Shown here: positions 43,251 to 52,517 of the stretch, piece after piece
Numbering within the stretch: the stretch's first letter is position 1
Layout: each line of letters begins with the position of its first letter
NCBI GenBank assembly: GCA_023396215.1
Contig: JAEWWW010000155.1
Location: 2,530 to 66,529 of the forward strand
DNA from: Bacillota bacterium
GTDB lineage: Bacteria; Bacillota; Clostridia; Oscillospirales; Ruminococcaceae
Reading direction: 5' to 3'
Length of the DNA stretch: 64,000 nucleotides
The notes under the pieces: generated by a model
Told to the model about the DNA's origin: nothing
Seen by the model: the letters and a program-made list of their open reading frames with translations, nothing else
The model's database searches: none
Program-made: the position numbers and the translations under genes

Positions 43251-43581
43251 AAAAAGAAAAAGGATGCCACAGCCCAGACAGCAACCGTCGGGGGCGGGCG
43301 GTAAGCGCGGCGGATATTGCCACGCGTAGCCGGCCCCGCCAACTGCAAAAGAGTTTTGCGGCCCGGCGGTTTTACGCTAATCTGCAGCTAAAAACCCCCG
43401 GTTTTTGGTTTGCCGCCCAGTTTGCGGCAGCGGGCGTGGCCCGCGCGGCGGTGGCTGGGCGGCTTCTTCCTGCGCCTGCGGCGCGGCGGCGGTCATAACC
43501 CTGCCGGCCAAGCAGATTGTGTTCTGGCGGCAGCCAGGCGTCACCGGCGGCTCTAAAAACGGCATGACCGGGAGAAAACCC

Positions 43582-43926
43582 ATGAAGCACACCTGCTCTC
43601 TTACCCAGAACAGAGATTTCCTGCGCCTTTACCGGCGGGGCAAATCTCAGGTTCACCCACTTTTGGTGACCTACGCGCTGCCCAACCGGCGCGACACCAA
43701 CCGAATAGGCATTACCACCAGCAAAAAGATTGGCAACGCAGTGCTGCGCAACCGGGCCCGGCGTATCATCCGGGAGGCCTACCGCCAGCTTGAACCGCGG
43801 TTGCCCCCCGGGTGGGACATTGTCTTTGTCGCCAGAGGCCGCACCCCCGGCTCGGGGATGTGGCAACTGCACGCGGTGATGGACAAGCAGCTCGCCCAAC
43901 TGCTGAGCCTCCCCCAAAACCGATGA
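43582..43926 (+). CDS. rnpA: Ribonuclease P protein component
   Basis: 114 aa. [34 protein letters not shown] (the RNR motif). The ATG at 43582 follows GGGAG. Confidence 0.9.
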   Translation: MKHTCSLTQNRDFLRLYRRGKSQVHPLLVTYALPNRRDTNRIGITTSKKIGNAVLRNRARRIIREAYRQLEPRLPPGWDIVFVARGRTPGSGMWQLHAVMDKQLAQLLSLPQNR

Positions 43927-44165
43927 AACAGATTATCATTCGGCTTATACGGGCCTACCAGCGGGGAATTTCCCCCCGGCATCTGCCCAGTTGCAGGTTT
44001 ATTCCCACCTGCTCCGCTTACGCCATCGAGGCAATAACCAGATTCGGCGTAATCCGGGGTGGGCTGTTGGCCGTTTGGCGTATTTTACGCTGCAACCCCT
44101 TTGGGCGCTGCGGCTATGACCCCGTACCCGAAACCTTTTTGCCGCCCCGGCGCAAGGGGCAGTAA
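43923..44165 (+). CDS. yidD: Membrane protein insertion efficiency factor YidD
   Basis: 80 aa. [11 protein letters not shown]...[15 protein letters not shown]...G...[12 protein letters not shown] overlap with rnpA. Confidence 0.92.
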   Translation: MKQIIIRLIRAYQRGISPRHLPSCRFIPTCSAYAIEAITRFGVIRGGLLAVWRILRCNPFGRCGYDPVPETFLPPRRKGQ

Positions 44166-44275
44166 CCTTACCCCGAAAAAAGCCCCGGTAACGGGGATAA
44201 AATAAAAAAGCAAACCGCCTTATATAAAAATTCAGCATGTAAAAAATGGGTTGCGCTGCAACACGGAGGTATACT

Positions 44276-45331
44276 ATGGATTTTATTAACTCGATTATCG
44301 GTTATCCCCTTGGGTGGATCATGTGGGCCTGCTATAAGCTGATTTCCAACTATGGCGTAGCCCTGATTTTCTTTACCATCATCACCCGGCTGCTGCTGGT
44401 GCCCACCGCCATCAAGCAGCAGAAATCCACCGTGCGGCTTCGTATGATTCAGCCCAAGGTAAACGAGCTGCAAAAGAAGTATGCCAACAACCGCAACAAG
44501 CTCAACGAGGAGCTCACCGCCCTCTACGCGCAGGAGAACTACAACCCCGCCTCGGGCTGCCTGCCGATGCTTATTCAGCTGCCCATCCTCTTCGGTCTGA
44601 TCGACGTTATCTATAAGCCGCTGACCCATATTCTGCGGCTGCCCGCCGATGTGATTAAAGCCGCCAGCGACATCGTTTCGCAGGCCGGGCAGACCACCGG
44701 CATGGCCACCCATTCGATGCAGATCAGCGTCATCGGCGCCGTGAAGCAAAACCCCTCGGCTTTTTCACAGCTTGGGGCCGATGTTGTGGAAAAAATCACA
44801 TCCCTCGACCTTTCGTTCCTGGGGCTGAACCTCACCGAGCGCCCCACCTTGGCCTTTAACCTGATGATTATCATCCCCATCCTCTCGGGCGTCACCTCGC
44901 TGGCGATTTCCCTTGTTTCGATGAAAACCAGCGGCATGGGCGACAACGCTGCCGGCGCCGCTACCGGCAAAAGCATGATGTATATGATGCCGCTGCTTTC
45001 GCTGTGGTTTACCATGCAGGTGCCCGCCGGCGTGGGCTTCTACTGGATTATCTCCAACCTTTTGATGCTGGCCCAGACGCTGCTGCTCAACCGCTTCTAC
45101 AACCCGGCCGAGATTGCCGCCAAGTATGAAGAAGAAGAGCGGGAACGCAAGGAACGGGAGCGTCAGGAGAAAATAGAGGCCAAGCGGCTGCTTAAGGAAA
45201 CCGAAGGCAGCGCCGCCGCAGCCCTTTCGCAGAAAGAAATCAACCGCCAAAAGCTGGCCGCCGCCCGCAAGCGCGACGCCGAAAAATATGGCGAAAGCTA
45301 TGACGAGGTTACCGACGAAGACCTGAAGTAA
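44276..45331 (+). CDS. yidC: Membrane protein insertase YidC/SpoIIIJ
   Basis: 60-kDa-IMP core (IIFFTIITRLLLVP...QQK...MIQPKVNELQKKY...NPASGCLP.LIQLPI) with a basic C-terminal tail. The ATG at 44276 follows GGAGG. Confidence 0.93.
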   Translation: MDFINSIIGYPLGWIMWACYKLISNYGVALIFFTIITRLLLVPTAIKQQKSTVRLRMIQPKVNELQKKYANNRNKLNEELTALYAQENYNPASGCLPMLIQLPILFGLIDVIYKPLTHILRLPADVIKAASDIVSQAGQTTGMATHSMQISVIGAVKQNPSAFSQLGADVVEKITSLDLSFLGLNLTERPTLAFNLMIIIPILSGVTSLAISLVSMKTSGMGDNAAGAATGKSMMYMMPLLSLWFTMQVPAGVGFYWIISNLLMLAQTLLLNRFYNPAEIAAKYEEEERERKERERQEKIEAKRLLKETEGSAAAALSQKEINRQKLAAARKRDAEKYGESYDEVTDEDLK

Positions 45332-45507
45332 ACTTCCTCTTTGGTATAAAGCAACCGGCATTGTGCCGGTGGGCGGGGGCAAAGCTGGTTTGCCCCATGC
45401 CGCCAGGCAGGCGGCATACAGCCCGGAATAGATTGCGACCCATACAAATGCGGCGCGGGGCGGTGCGCACAGGCTGCCCGGTCGGAAACATTAGTGGAGG
45501 TGTAAGC

Positions 45508-46602
45508 TTGATTAAAGAGTTGATACAAACGGCCAAAAGCGTTGACCTTGCCATTGAGCTTGGCTGCGAAAGCCTGGGGGTATCAAGGGACGAGGCCCAG
45601 TTCGAGATTATTGACCTGCCAAAGAAAAAGCTGTTTGGCATGAAAATTATCCCCGCCAAGGTGCGCGTTTATGTAGAGCTGCCCGACGAGGCCCCGGCAA
45701 AACCGGCGGCCCAGCCCCCCGCCCAAAAGCCAGCCCAGCCAAAGAGCCAGCCTCCTCGGCGCGAGGCAAAGCCCGAAGCCAAAGAGCAGCGCCCGGAACG
45801 TGCCGAAGGGCGCGGGCAGAGCGGCGACCGGCGCAGGCAGTTCGACCAGGCCCAGCCCCCCCGGCAGGCCGAGCAGCCCCAGCGCAGCGAGGCTCCGATT
45901 GAGCCCGACGCGCTGATGACCGCCAAGGCAGCCGCCGTGGTGGATTATGTAAAAAGCATTTTGGGCCAGATGGGCTTTGAGCAGGTGGAGGTTACCCCCC
46001 GCTTTACCCAAAGCGGCGCGGCCTTTGCCCTGAGCGGCGCAGATTTGGGCGCCATCATCGGCCGCCGCGGCGAAACGCTGGACGCGCTGCAGTACCTTTC
46101 CGGTCTGGTGGCAAACCGGCTGGAGGGCGACTACCTGCGGGTGACCATCGACAGCGGCAACTACCGCCAAAAAAGAGAAAAAACCCTCGAGGGCCTTGCC
46201 CGCAAGCTGGCACTGTCGGCGGTGCGCACCGGCAAAAGCTGCACCCTCGAGCCGATGAACCCCTACGAGCGGCGCATCATCCATGCGGCCGTTTCACAAA
46301 TCAGAGGCGCGACCTCCTCCTCGACAGGGGAAGAGCCCAACCGCCGTGTGGTCATCAAATCGGCCACCGGGCAGCCCCGCCCGGGCGGCGACCGTGACCG
46401 CGACAACCGCGGCAGAGGCCGTGGCGGCAGGCGCGGCGGCCCCGACCGTGCCGACCGCAGCCCGGAGCAGCGGGAGCGCAGAAGCCCGGAGGAGCGTCCG
46501 GCTGCCCCCCGCCAGAGCGCACCCAGCGCAGCCCCGGCCGAAAAGGCCCAGCAGCGCAAGGACGCCGAAGGCCCGCTGTACGGCAAAATCTCTCTGGACT
46601 AA
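45508..46602 (+). CDS. khpB: RNA-binding protein KhpB/Jag (Jag_N, KH, R3H) with long low-complexity inserts
   Basis: The TTG start follows GTGGAGGTG. Jag_N region (IKELIQTAKSVDLAIELGCESLGVSRDEAQFEIID), KH (IIGRRGETLDALQYL) and R3H (LEPMNPYERRIIHAAV) are present, plus Pro/Gln/Lys-rich and Arg/Gly-rich tracts. Confidence 0.88.
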   Translation: MIKELIQTAKSVDLAIELGCESLGVSRDEAQFEIIDLPKKKLFGMKIIPAKVRVYVELPDEAPAKPAAQPPAQKPAQPKSQPPRREAKPEAKEQRPERAEGRGQSGDRRRQFDQAQPPRQAEQPQRSEAPIEPDALMTAKAAAVVDYVKSILGQMGFEQVEVTPRFTQSGAAFALSGADLGAIIGRRGETLDALQYLSGLVANRLEGDYLRVTIDSGNYRQKREKTLEGLARKLALSAVRTGKSCTLEPMNPYERRIIHAAVSQIRGATSSSTGEEPNRRVVIKSATGQPRPGGDRDRDNRGRGRGGRRGGPDRADRSPEQRERRSPEERPAAPRQSAPSAAPAEKAQQRKDAEGPLYGKISLD

Positions 46603-46754
46603 AAACATAAGCAACATAAAACCCCCCGCAGGAATTTGAACTGACCCCAAAAAGTTAGACAGTGTGATACACTGAATAACGGAAGGGGTGCACTTCAAAG
46701 AGATGCGGGGGGTTCTTTCTGTAAAATTATCCGCTCGACCGAGGGCCGCGCCGG

Positions 46755-49700
46755 TCAGCGGTAGTAGGCCACGGCTCCGGCGAAGATATCCATCCCGTGG
46801 GGGCCGGGAACATTCTTGAACAGCCCCGGCGCGCTGCGCTCATTGTGGCCCATGCGCCCAAACACCCGTCCGTCGGGGGAGGTGATGCCCTCGATGGCGA
46901 AGCTGGAGTTGTTGGGGTTGTAGCGGATATCCTGTGTGGGGTTTCCGTCCAAATCCACATACTGGGTGGCAATCTGCCCGTTTGCGGCAAGGGCCCGAAT
47001 GAGCCCCTCGTCGGCGACAAAGCGCCCCTCGCCGTGAGAGATGGGGATAAGCGCCACCTCGCCCACCGCATGGCCCGAAAGCCAGGGGGATTTGGCCGAA
47101 GCCACCCGGGTGCGCACCAGCAGCGACTGGTGGCGGCCAATCTTGTTGTAGGTCAGCGTGGGGCTGTCGGCGTCCATATCCTTAATCTCCCCGTAGGGCA
47201 CAAGCCCCAGCTTAATCAGCGCCTGAAAGCCGTTGCAGATGCCGCAGATGAGGCCGTCGCGCTGCTGGAGCAGGTCGGCCACGGTGGCCGAAACGGCGGG
47301 GTTGCGGAAAAAGGCGGTGATGAACTTGCCGGAGCCGTCCGGCTCGTCGCCGCCGGAAAACCCGCCGGGAATGACAATTCCCTGTGTGGCGCGGATTGTT
47401 TGGGCCATCAACCGCACGCTTTCGGCGATGTCGGCAGCCGAGCGGTTGCGCAGGACAAAGATTTCCGCCCTGCCCCCCGCCTGCTCAATCGCCTTGGCGG
47501 TGTCGTACTCGCTGTTGGTGCCGGGGAAGACAGGCACCACAAATTTGGGCTGCAGCACCGAGGCCCGGGGGCGGATATGGCAGCCCTCCCCATAGGAAAA
47601 CACCTCCACCTCACCCTCCTGCCGGGTCAGGCAGGGGAAAACCGGCTCCAGCGTTTGCTCCCACGCCTCCTGCAACTGCTCCAGAGAAACGTCGGCTCCA
47701 TCCGGGAGGGTGAGGGCGTATGCCTCTTGGGTGACCCCGAGCAGAGCGTCGGCGCAGTCCAGAGGCTCGGCTGCCTCCATCACGAAAGCGCCGAAAAGAG
47801 GCTCGGCCGTAAGGGGCTGGACTGCTTTGAAGCCGATTCGGTTGCCCAGACACATTTTCAGAACCGCCTCCGCCACGCCGCCGGAGCCCACCGCCCACGC
47901 GGACTGAACCCTGCCTGTGGCAATCAGCGCCTCAACCCGGTCAAAGAAGGTGCAAAGAGCGGCGAAATCCGGCTTCTCAAAGGCGGTAAAGCCGGGGGTC
48001 AGCAGATAAACGTTGGAGCCGGGCCGCTTAAATTCGGGGGAGACGACCCGCCCCGCCCGGGCGAGCGAAACGGCGAAGGAGACGAGGGTGGGCGGCACGT
48101 CGGTATCCTCAAAGCTGCCGGACATAGAGTCTTTGCCGCCGATGGCCCCGCAGCACAGGCCAAGCTGTGCGTCCAGCGCCCCCAGCAGGGCGGCCACCGG
48201 CTTGCCCCAGCGGGCGGGGTCGGTGCGCAGGCGCTCGAAGTACTCCTGAAAGGTCAGCCAGCATTTGGCCCTTGTGCCGCCCGTGGCGATGATTTTGGCC
48301 ACCGAATGCACCACCGCCCCGATGCCCGCGTGGTAGGGGCTGACGGTGGAAACCTCCGGGTCAAAGCCCCACGCCATCAGCGAGCAGCTTTCGGTTTCGC
48401 CCTCCAGCACCGGGATTTTTGCCGCCATGGTCTGGGTGGGGGTGAGCTGGTATCTGCCGCCGTGGGGCATGGTTACGGTACCCCGGCCGATGACCGAATC
48501 AAAGCGCTCCACCAGGCCCTTTTGGGAGCAGACGGCCAGGCTGGCAGCCAGCTCCCGCAGGCCCTGCCCGTCCAGCGCGGGGTAGGTCTTCGGCTCTGGG
48601 CGCGGGGCCGCCACCGCGGCTGCGGCATGCTTGGGCGCGCCGTTGGAGTTTAGAAAGCTGCGGGCAAGGCTGACAATTTCGGCGCCGTTCCAGCGCATGG
48701 TCAGGCGGGGCTCGGCGCGAACAACCGCCACCACGGTGGCCTCCAGGTTTTCCGCCGCCGCCAGCGCGATGAAGGGGTCGGCGTCCTGCGCCCGCACCAC
48801 CACCGACATCCGCTCCTGACTTTCCGAGATGGCCAGCTCGGTGCCGTCCAGCCCCTCGTATTTTTTGGGTACACGGTCCAAATCAATCTCAATGCCGTCG
48901 GCAAGCTCCCCGATGGAAACCGCAACGCCCCCCGCGCCGAAGTCGTTGCAGCGGCGGATGAGGCGGGTGGCCTCCGGGTTGCGGAACAGCCGCTGGAGCT
49001 TGCGCTCCTCGGGGGCGTTGCCCTTCTGCACCTCGGCCCCGCAGCGCTCGAGGGATTCCAGCGTGTGGGTCTTGGAGGAGCCGGTCGCCCCGCCCACGCC
49101 GGCACGCCCGGTGCGCCCGCCCAGCAGAATCACCACATCCCCCGGCTCGGGGGTTTCACGCACCACATTGGCCGCAGGGGCAGCGCCCAGCACCGCGCCA
49201 ATCTCCATGCGCTTGGCGACATAGCCGGGGTGGTAAATCTCGTGTACATGGCCGGTGCAAAGGCCAATCTGATTGCCGTAGGAGCTGTACCCGGCGGCGG
49301 CGGTCTGAACAAGCTTGCGCTGGGGCAGCTTGCCCGGCAGGGTGTCCGACACCTTCTGCAGGGGGTTGCCCGCGCCGGTGACCCGCATGGCCTGATAAAC
49401 AAAGCTGCGGCCAGAGAGCGGGTCGCGAATGGCGCCGCCCAGACAGGTGGCCGCGCCGCCAAAGGGCTCAATCTCGGTGGGGTGGTTGTGGGTTTCGTTC
49501 TTGAACATCAGCAGCCACTGCTGCGGGCGGCCGTCCACCTCCACCTCAATCTTGACCGAGCAGGCGTTAATCTCCTCGGATTCATCCAGGTCGGGCAGCA
49601 GCCCGCGCGCCTTCAGCACCCGCGCGCCGATGGTGGCAAGCTCCATCAGGGTAATGGGGCGGTCGGTACGGCCCAGCTCGCTGCGCAGCGAGAGGAAGCT

Positions 49701-50447
49701 TTCATAGCTGACGCGGATGGTCTCGTCCGCGATGTCCACCCGGTCCAGCTCGGTCAGGAAGGTGGTGTGGCGGCAGTGGTCCGACCAGTAGGTGTCAATC
49801 ATGCGGATTTCGGTGATGGTGGGGTCGCGCCGCTCCTCCTCCCGGAAATAGGCCTGACAGAAGCGCAAATCCTCCAAATCCATCGCAAGGCCCAGCTCCT
49901 CCAGCATGGCGGCAAGGCCGGCCTCCTCCAGCGCGGTGAAGCCGGTGCAGACCGCCACCGGGCCGGGGAGCTCCAGACGCATGGTCAGCGTCTCGGGTAT
50001 TTCCAGCGCGGCCTCCCGGCTCTCCACCGGGTTTATCAGCCAACCCTTGATTTGCGCAAACTGCGCGTCGGTGAGCCGCCCCTCCAGCACAAAGACACGG
50101 GCCGAACGAATGGTGGGCCGCTCCTTGCCGTAGGCCAGCGAGACGCACTGGGCGCAGGAATCCGCCCGCTGGTCAAACTGGCCGGGCAGAAATTCCGAGG
50201 CGAATACCCGCGCCGGGCCAAAATCCGGCAGGGTATCGTAGGTGATATCCACCGGAGGCTCGGAGAAAACGGTGCTGCGGGCCGCGGCGAAATCCGCCGG
50301 GGAGATGCCCTCGGCCAGATAACGGGCCAACACCCGCACACCGGTGAGCCCCGCAATCTGCAGGGTGCCGCGCAGGTCAGAAAGAATTGCGGCGGCCTCG
50401 TCGGCAAAGGCGGGTTTCTTCTCCACATAAATGCAAAAAACGGACAT
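46755..50447 (-). CDS. purL: Phosphoribosylformylglycinamidine (FGAM) synthase, single-chain large form
   Basis: About 1230 aa. PurS-like N-terminus, duplicated PurM-like ATP-grasp core, and a C-terminal glutaminase (GICNGFQ Cys; SHGEGRF His/Glu). The ATG at 50447 follows GGGAGG. Confidence 0.95.
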   Translation of the reverse strand: MSVFCIYVEKKPAFADEAAAILSDLRGTLQIAGLTGVRVLARYLAEGISPADFAAARSTVFSEPPVDITYDTLPDFGPARVFASEFLPGQFDQRADSCAQCVSLAYGKERPTIRSARVFVLEGRLTDAQFAQIKGWLINPVESREAALEIPETLTMRLELPGPVAVCTGFTALEEAGLAAMLEELGLAMDLEDLRFCQAYFREEERRDPTITEIRMIDTYWSDHCRHTTFLTELDRVDIADETIRVSYESFLSLRSELGRTDRPITLMELATIGARVLKARGLLPDLDESEEINACSVKIEVEVDGRPQQWLLMFKNETHNHPTEIEPFGGAATCLGGAIRDPLSGRSFVYQAMRVTGAGNPLQKVSDTLPGKLPQRKLVQTAAAGYSSYGNQIGLCTGHVHEIYHPGYVAKRMEIGAVLGAAPAANVVRETPEPGDVVILLGGRTGRAGVGGATGSSKTHTLESLERCGAEVQKGNAPEERKLQRLFRNPEATRLIRRCNDFGAGGVAVSIGELADGIEIDLDRVPKKYEGLDGTELAISESQERMSVVVRAQDADPFIALAAAENLEATVVAVVRAEPRLTMRWNGAEIVSLARSFLNSNGAPKHAAAAVAAPRPEPKTYPALDGQGLRELAASLAVCSQKGLVERFDSVIGRGTVTMPHGGRYQLTPTQTMAAKIPVLEGETESCSLMAWGFDPEVSTVSPYHAGIGAVVHSVAKIIATGGTRAKCWLTFQEYFERLRTDPARWGKPVAALLGALDAQLGLCCGAIGGKDSMSGSFEDTDVPPTLVSFAVSLARAGRVVSPEFKRPGSNVYLLTPGFTAFEKPDFAALCTFFDRVEALIATGRVQSAWAVGSGGVAEAVLKMCLGNRIGFKAVQPLTAEPLFGAFVMEAAEPLDCADALLGVTQEAYALTLPDGADVSLEQLQEAWEQTLEPVFPCLTRQEGEVEVFSYGEGCHIRPRASVLQPKFVVPVFPGTNSEYDTAKAIEQAGGRAEIFVLRNRSAADIAESVRLMAQTIRATQGIVIPGGFSGGDEPDGSGKFITAFFRNPAVSATVADLLQQRDGLICGICNGFQALIKLGLVPYGEIKDMDADSPTLTYNKIGRHQSLLVRTRVASAKSPWLSGHAVGEVALIPISHGEGRFVADEGLIRALAANGQIATQYVDLDGNPTQDIRYNPNNSSFAIEGITSPDGRVFGRMGHNERSAPGLFKNVPGPHGMDIFAGAVAYYR

Positions 50448-50688
50448 AAGCGCCTCCCTTTCAGGTGATGAAATCACCATACGTCTTTCATCTTCATGCC
50501 GTGTCTTTAAAAACCGGAGGGTGAAATTTTACCGCCCTATTATGCATGATTTTACAAAAGAGCGCAAGGCCTGAAAAACCAAAAAACCGCAGTGCCTGTA
50601 ATTTTCCCCGCGGGAACAGCCCCGCTTTTTTCTGTTTTGCATAGCTCCTGCGGGAGAAAGACAAGCAAAATTTATAAATATTCATCCG

Positions 50689-50717
50689 TTGTATTTTTTG
50701 CGGTTCTTCGCTATAAT
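50689..50717 (+). promoter_or_regulatory. Putative sigma-A promoter driving a structured leader or small RNA upstream of purE
   Basis: TTGTAT (50689-50694), 17 bp, TATAAT (50712-50717). Confidence 0.45.
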
Positions 50718-50860
50718 GGGGTAAAACGCGGAGCTTGGCGTTTTAAGTTTACTTTAGTGGTAGAAAGGGGCGGGGATTATGGCTGGCGCATACAGTTGTC
50801 TTGCGCGGATGGTTCCTGCATCGAGGGGCGGAAGTGCCCTTACTCGCCTTGTGTCCTTGT

Positions 50861-50896
50861 GAGGTTGCAGCTTTAGCTGCAGCCTCTTTTGTTTTT
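50861..50896 (+). terminator. Rho-independent terminator within the purE upstream region
   Basis: GAGGTTGCAGC-TTTA-GCTGCAGCCTC followed by TTTTGTTTTT. It lies about 165 nt before the purE ATG. Confidence 0.7.
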
Positions 50897-51062
50897 ATAA
50901 AATACAAAAAAAGGAAGAGGGTAGCGTGAAAAAACACGCTACGCCTTTATGTGCCAATCGCTCTCCGCCTGCGGCGGGAACCGCGGATTGATGCACAAAC
51001 AGACCATTCCTTTTTCATGGTCTGTTTGTGCCGTAACAAAAGTAAAAGGAATGGTCTTGATT

Positions 51063-51554
51063 ATGAAAAAGGTTGCGCTAATTATGGGGAGCGACAGCGA
51101 TTTTCCGGTGGTGGAGCCCGCTGTCAGGCAGCTTCGGGCCTTTGGAATCCCGGTGGAGGCCCATGTGATGAGCGCCCACCGCACCCCGGCGCGGGCCGCG
51201 GCCTTTGCCGCGTCGGCAAAGGAGGCGGGCTTCGGGGTGATTATCGCCGCCGCAGGCAAGGCGGCCCATCTGGCCGGCGTGCTGGCGGCCCACACCACCC
51301 TGCCGGTCATCGGCATTCCGGTGCGCTCCACCGCGCTGGAGGGGATGGACGCCCTGCTGGCCACGGTGCAGATGCCGCCGGGCATCCCGGTTGCCACCGT
51401 CGCCATCGACGGGGCCGAAAACGCGGCCATCTTGGCGGCGCAGATGCTGGCCCTTTCTGACGGGGCGCTGGCCGAGAAGCTCTGCACAATGAAACGGGAG
51501 ATGGAAGAAAAGGTGCTGGAGAAGGACAAGGCGCTGCAGGAAAAATTGAGATAG
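51063..51554 (+). CDS. purE: 5-(carboxyamino)imidazole ribonucleotide mutase
   Basis: [17 protein letters not shown]...SAHRTP...[14 protein letters not shown]...PVIGIP. About 163 aa. Confidence 0.95.
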   Translation: MKKVALIMGSDSDFPVVEPAVRQLRAFGIPVEAHVMSAHRTPARAAAFAASAKEAGFGVIIAAAGKAAHLAGVLAAHTTLPVIGIPVRSTALEGMDALLATVQMPPGIPVATVAIDGAENAAILAAQMLALSDGALAEKLCTMKREMEEKVLEKDKALQEKLR

Positions 51555-51581
51555 CCCGCCGAAAGACGGCAAAAGGACAAA

Positions 51582-51747
51582 GTGTCAAAAAACAGGCAGG
51601 CGGCGAAAAATCGTGCAAGACGAGGTGGCAAGCGCAGCAAAGACGTACGCGTATTTGATATATGTGACCGAAATTTGCAAGTGCAGCCAACAAAGTAAGC
51701 AAAACGCTCAGGGCGTTTTACGGCCCGGCGACTTTTTCGACAGCCTG
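51582..51747 (+). repeat. Repeat family C, copy 3 (166 bp) inside the pur operon
   Basis: Same ends and core as 40836-41001. It fills the purE-purC spacer. Confidence 0.85.
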
Positions 51748-51764
51748 GGCAAAAGGTGAGGAGG

Positions 51765-52481
51765 ATGACTGTGAAAAAACAAGGGCAGCTCTATGAGGGA
51801 AAAGCAAAGAAGGTTTTTGCAACCGACGACCCCGAACTTCTGATTGTGGATTACAAGGACGACGCCACCGCCAACAACGGCCTGAAAAAGGGAACCATCA
51901 CCGGTAAGGGGGCCATCAACAACCGGGTGACCAACCATCTGATGAAGATGCTGGAGCAAAAGGGCATTCCCACCCACTTTGTGGAGGAACTCTCCGACCG
52001 GGAAACGGTGGTGCGCAGGGTTACGATTGTTCCGCTGGAGGTGATTGTCCGCAACATCGCCGCCGGTTCGCTTTCCAAGCGGCTGGGGCTTGCGGAGGGC
52101 ACCCGGCTGGCCAGCACCGTGCTGGAATACTGCTACAAGGACGATGAGCTGGGCGACCCGATGATTAACGAATACCACATCGCGGCGCTGAAGCTGGCGA
52201 CCCCGGAGGAGCTTGAGAAGATTGCCGGCTACAGCTTGAGAATCAATGTGCTTTTGACCGAGTACCTGAAGGATTTGGGCATCGAGCTGATTGACTTTAA
52301 GCTGGAATATGGCCGCACCGGCGACGGCACGGTGATTTTGGCCGATGAAATCTCCCCCGATACCTGCCGCTTCTGGGATAGCCAGACGGGAGAAAAGCTG
52401 GATAAGGACCGCTTTCGCCGGGATATGGGCGGCGCGGAGGACGCGTATCAGGAGGTTCTGCGCAGGCTGTTGGGCGAGTAA
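51765..52481 (+). CDS. purC: Phosphoribosylaminoimidazole-succinocarboxamide (SAICAR) synthase
   Basis: [10 protein letters not shown]...[10 protein letters not shown]...PLEVIVRN. The start is ambiguous: ATG 51765 or GTG 51771 after GAGGAGG. Confidence 0.94.
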   Translation: MTVKKQGQLYEGKAKKVFATDDPELLIVDYKDDATANNGLKKGTITGKGAINNRVTNHLMKMLEQKGIPTHFVEELSDRETVVRRVTIVPLEVIVRNIAAGSLSKRLGLAEGTRLASTVLEYCYKDDELGDPMINEYHIAALKLATPEELEKIAGYSLRINVLLTEYLKDLGIELIDFKLEYGRTGDGTVILADEISPDTCRFWDSQTGEKLDKDRFRRDMGGAEDAYQEVLRRLLGE

Positions 52482-52517
52482 CCAAACCGCATTGCGGACG
52501 GAGAGAGGATTCAGAGT

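Noticed and set aside
50778-50788. ZTP (pfl) riboswitch upstream of purE, suggested by TATGGCTGGCG resembling the conserved UGACUGGCG segment and by a possible wobble-rich P1.
   Set aside because: The obligatory 3' CCGCCUGGGC pseudoknot element is absent at a plausible distance. The nearest CCGCCTG is at about 50964, beyond the terminator. The match is therefore too weak, and I report the region as an unassigned leader.
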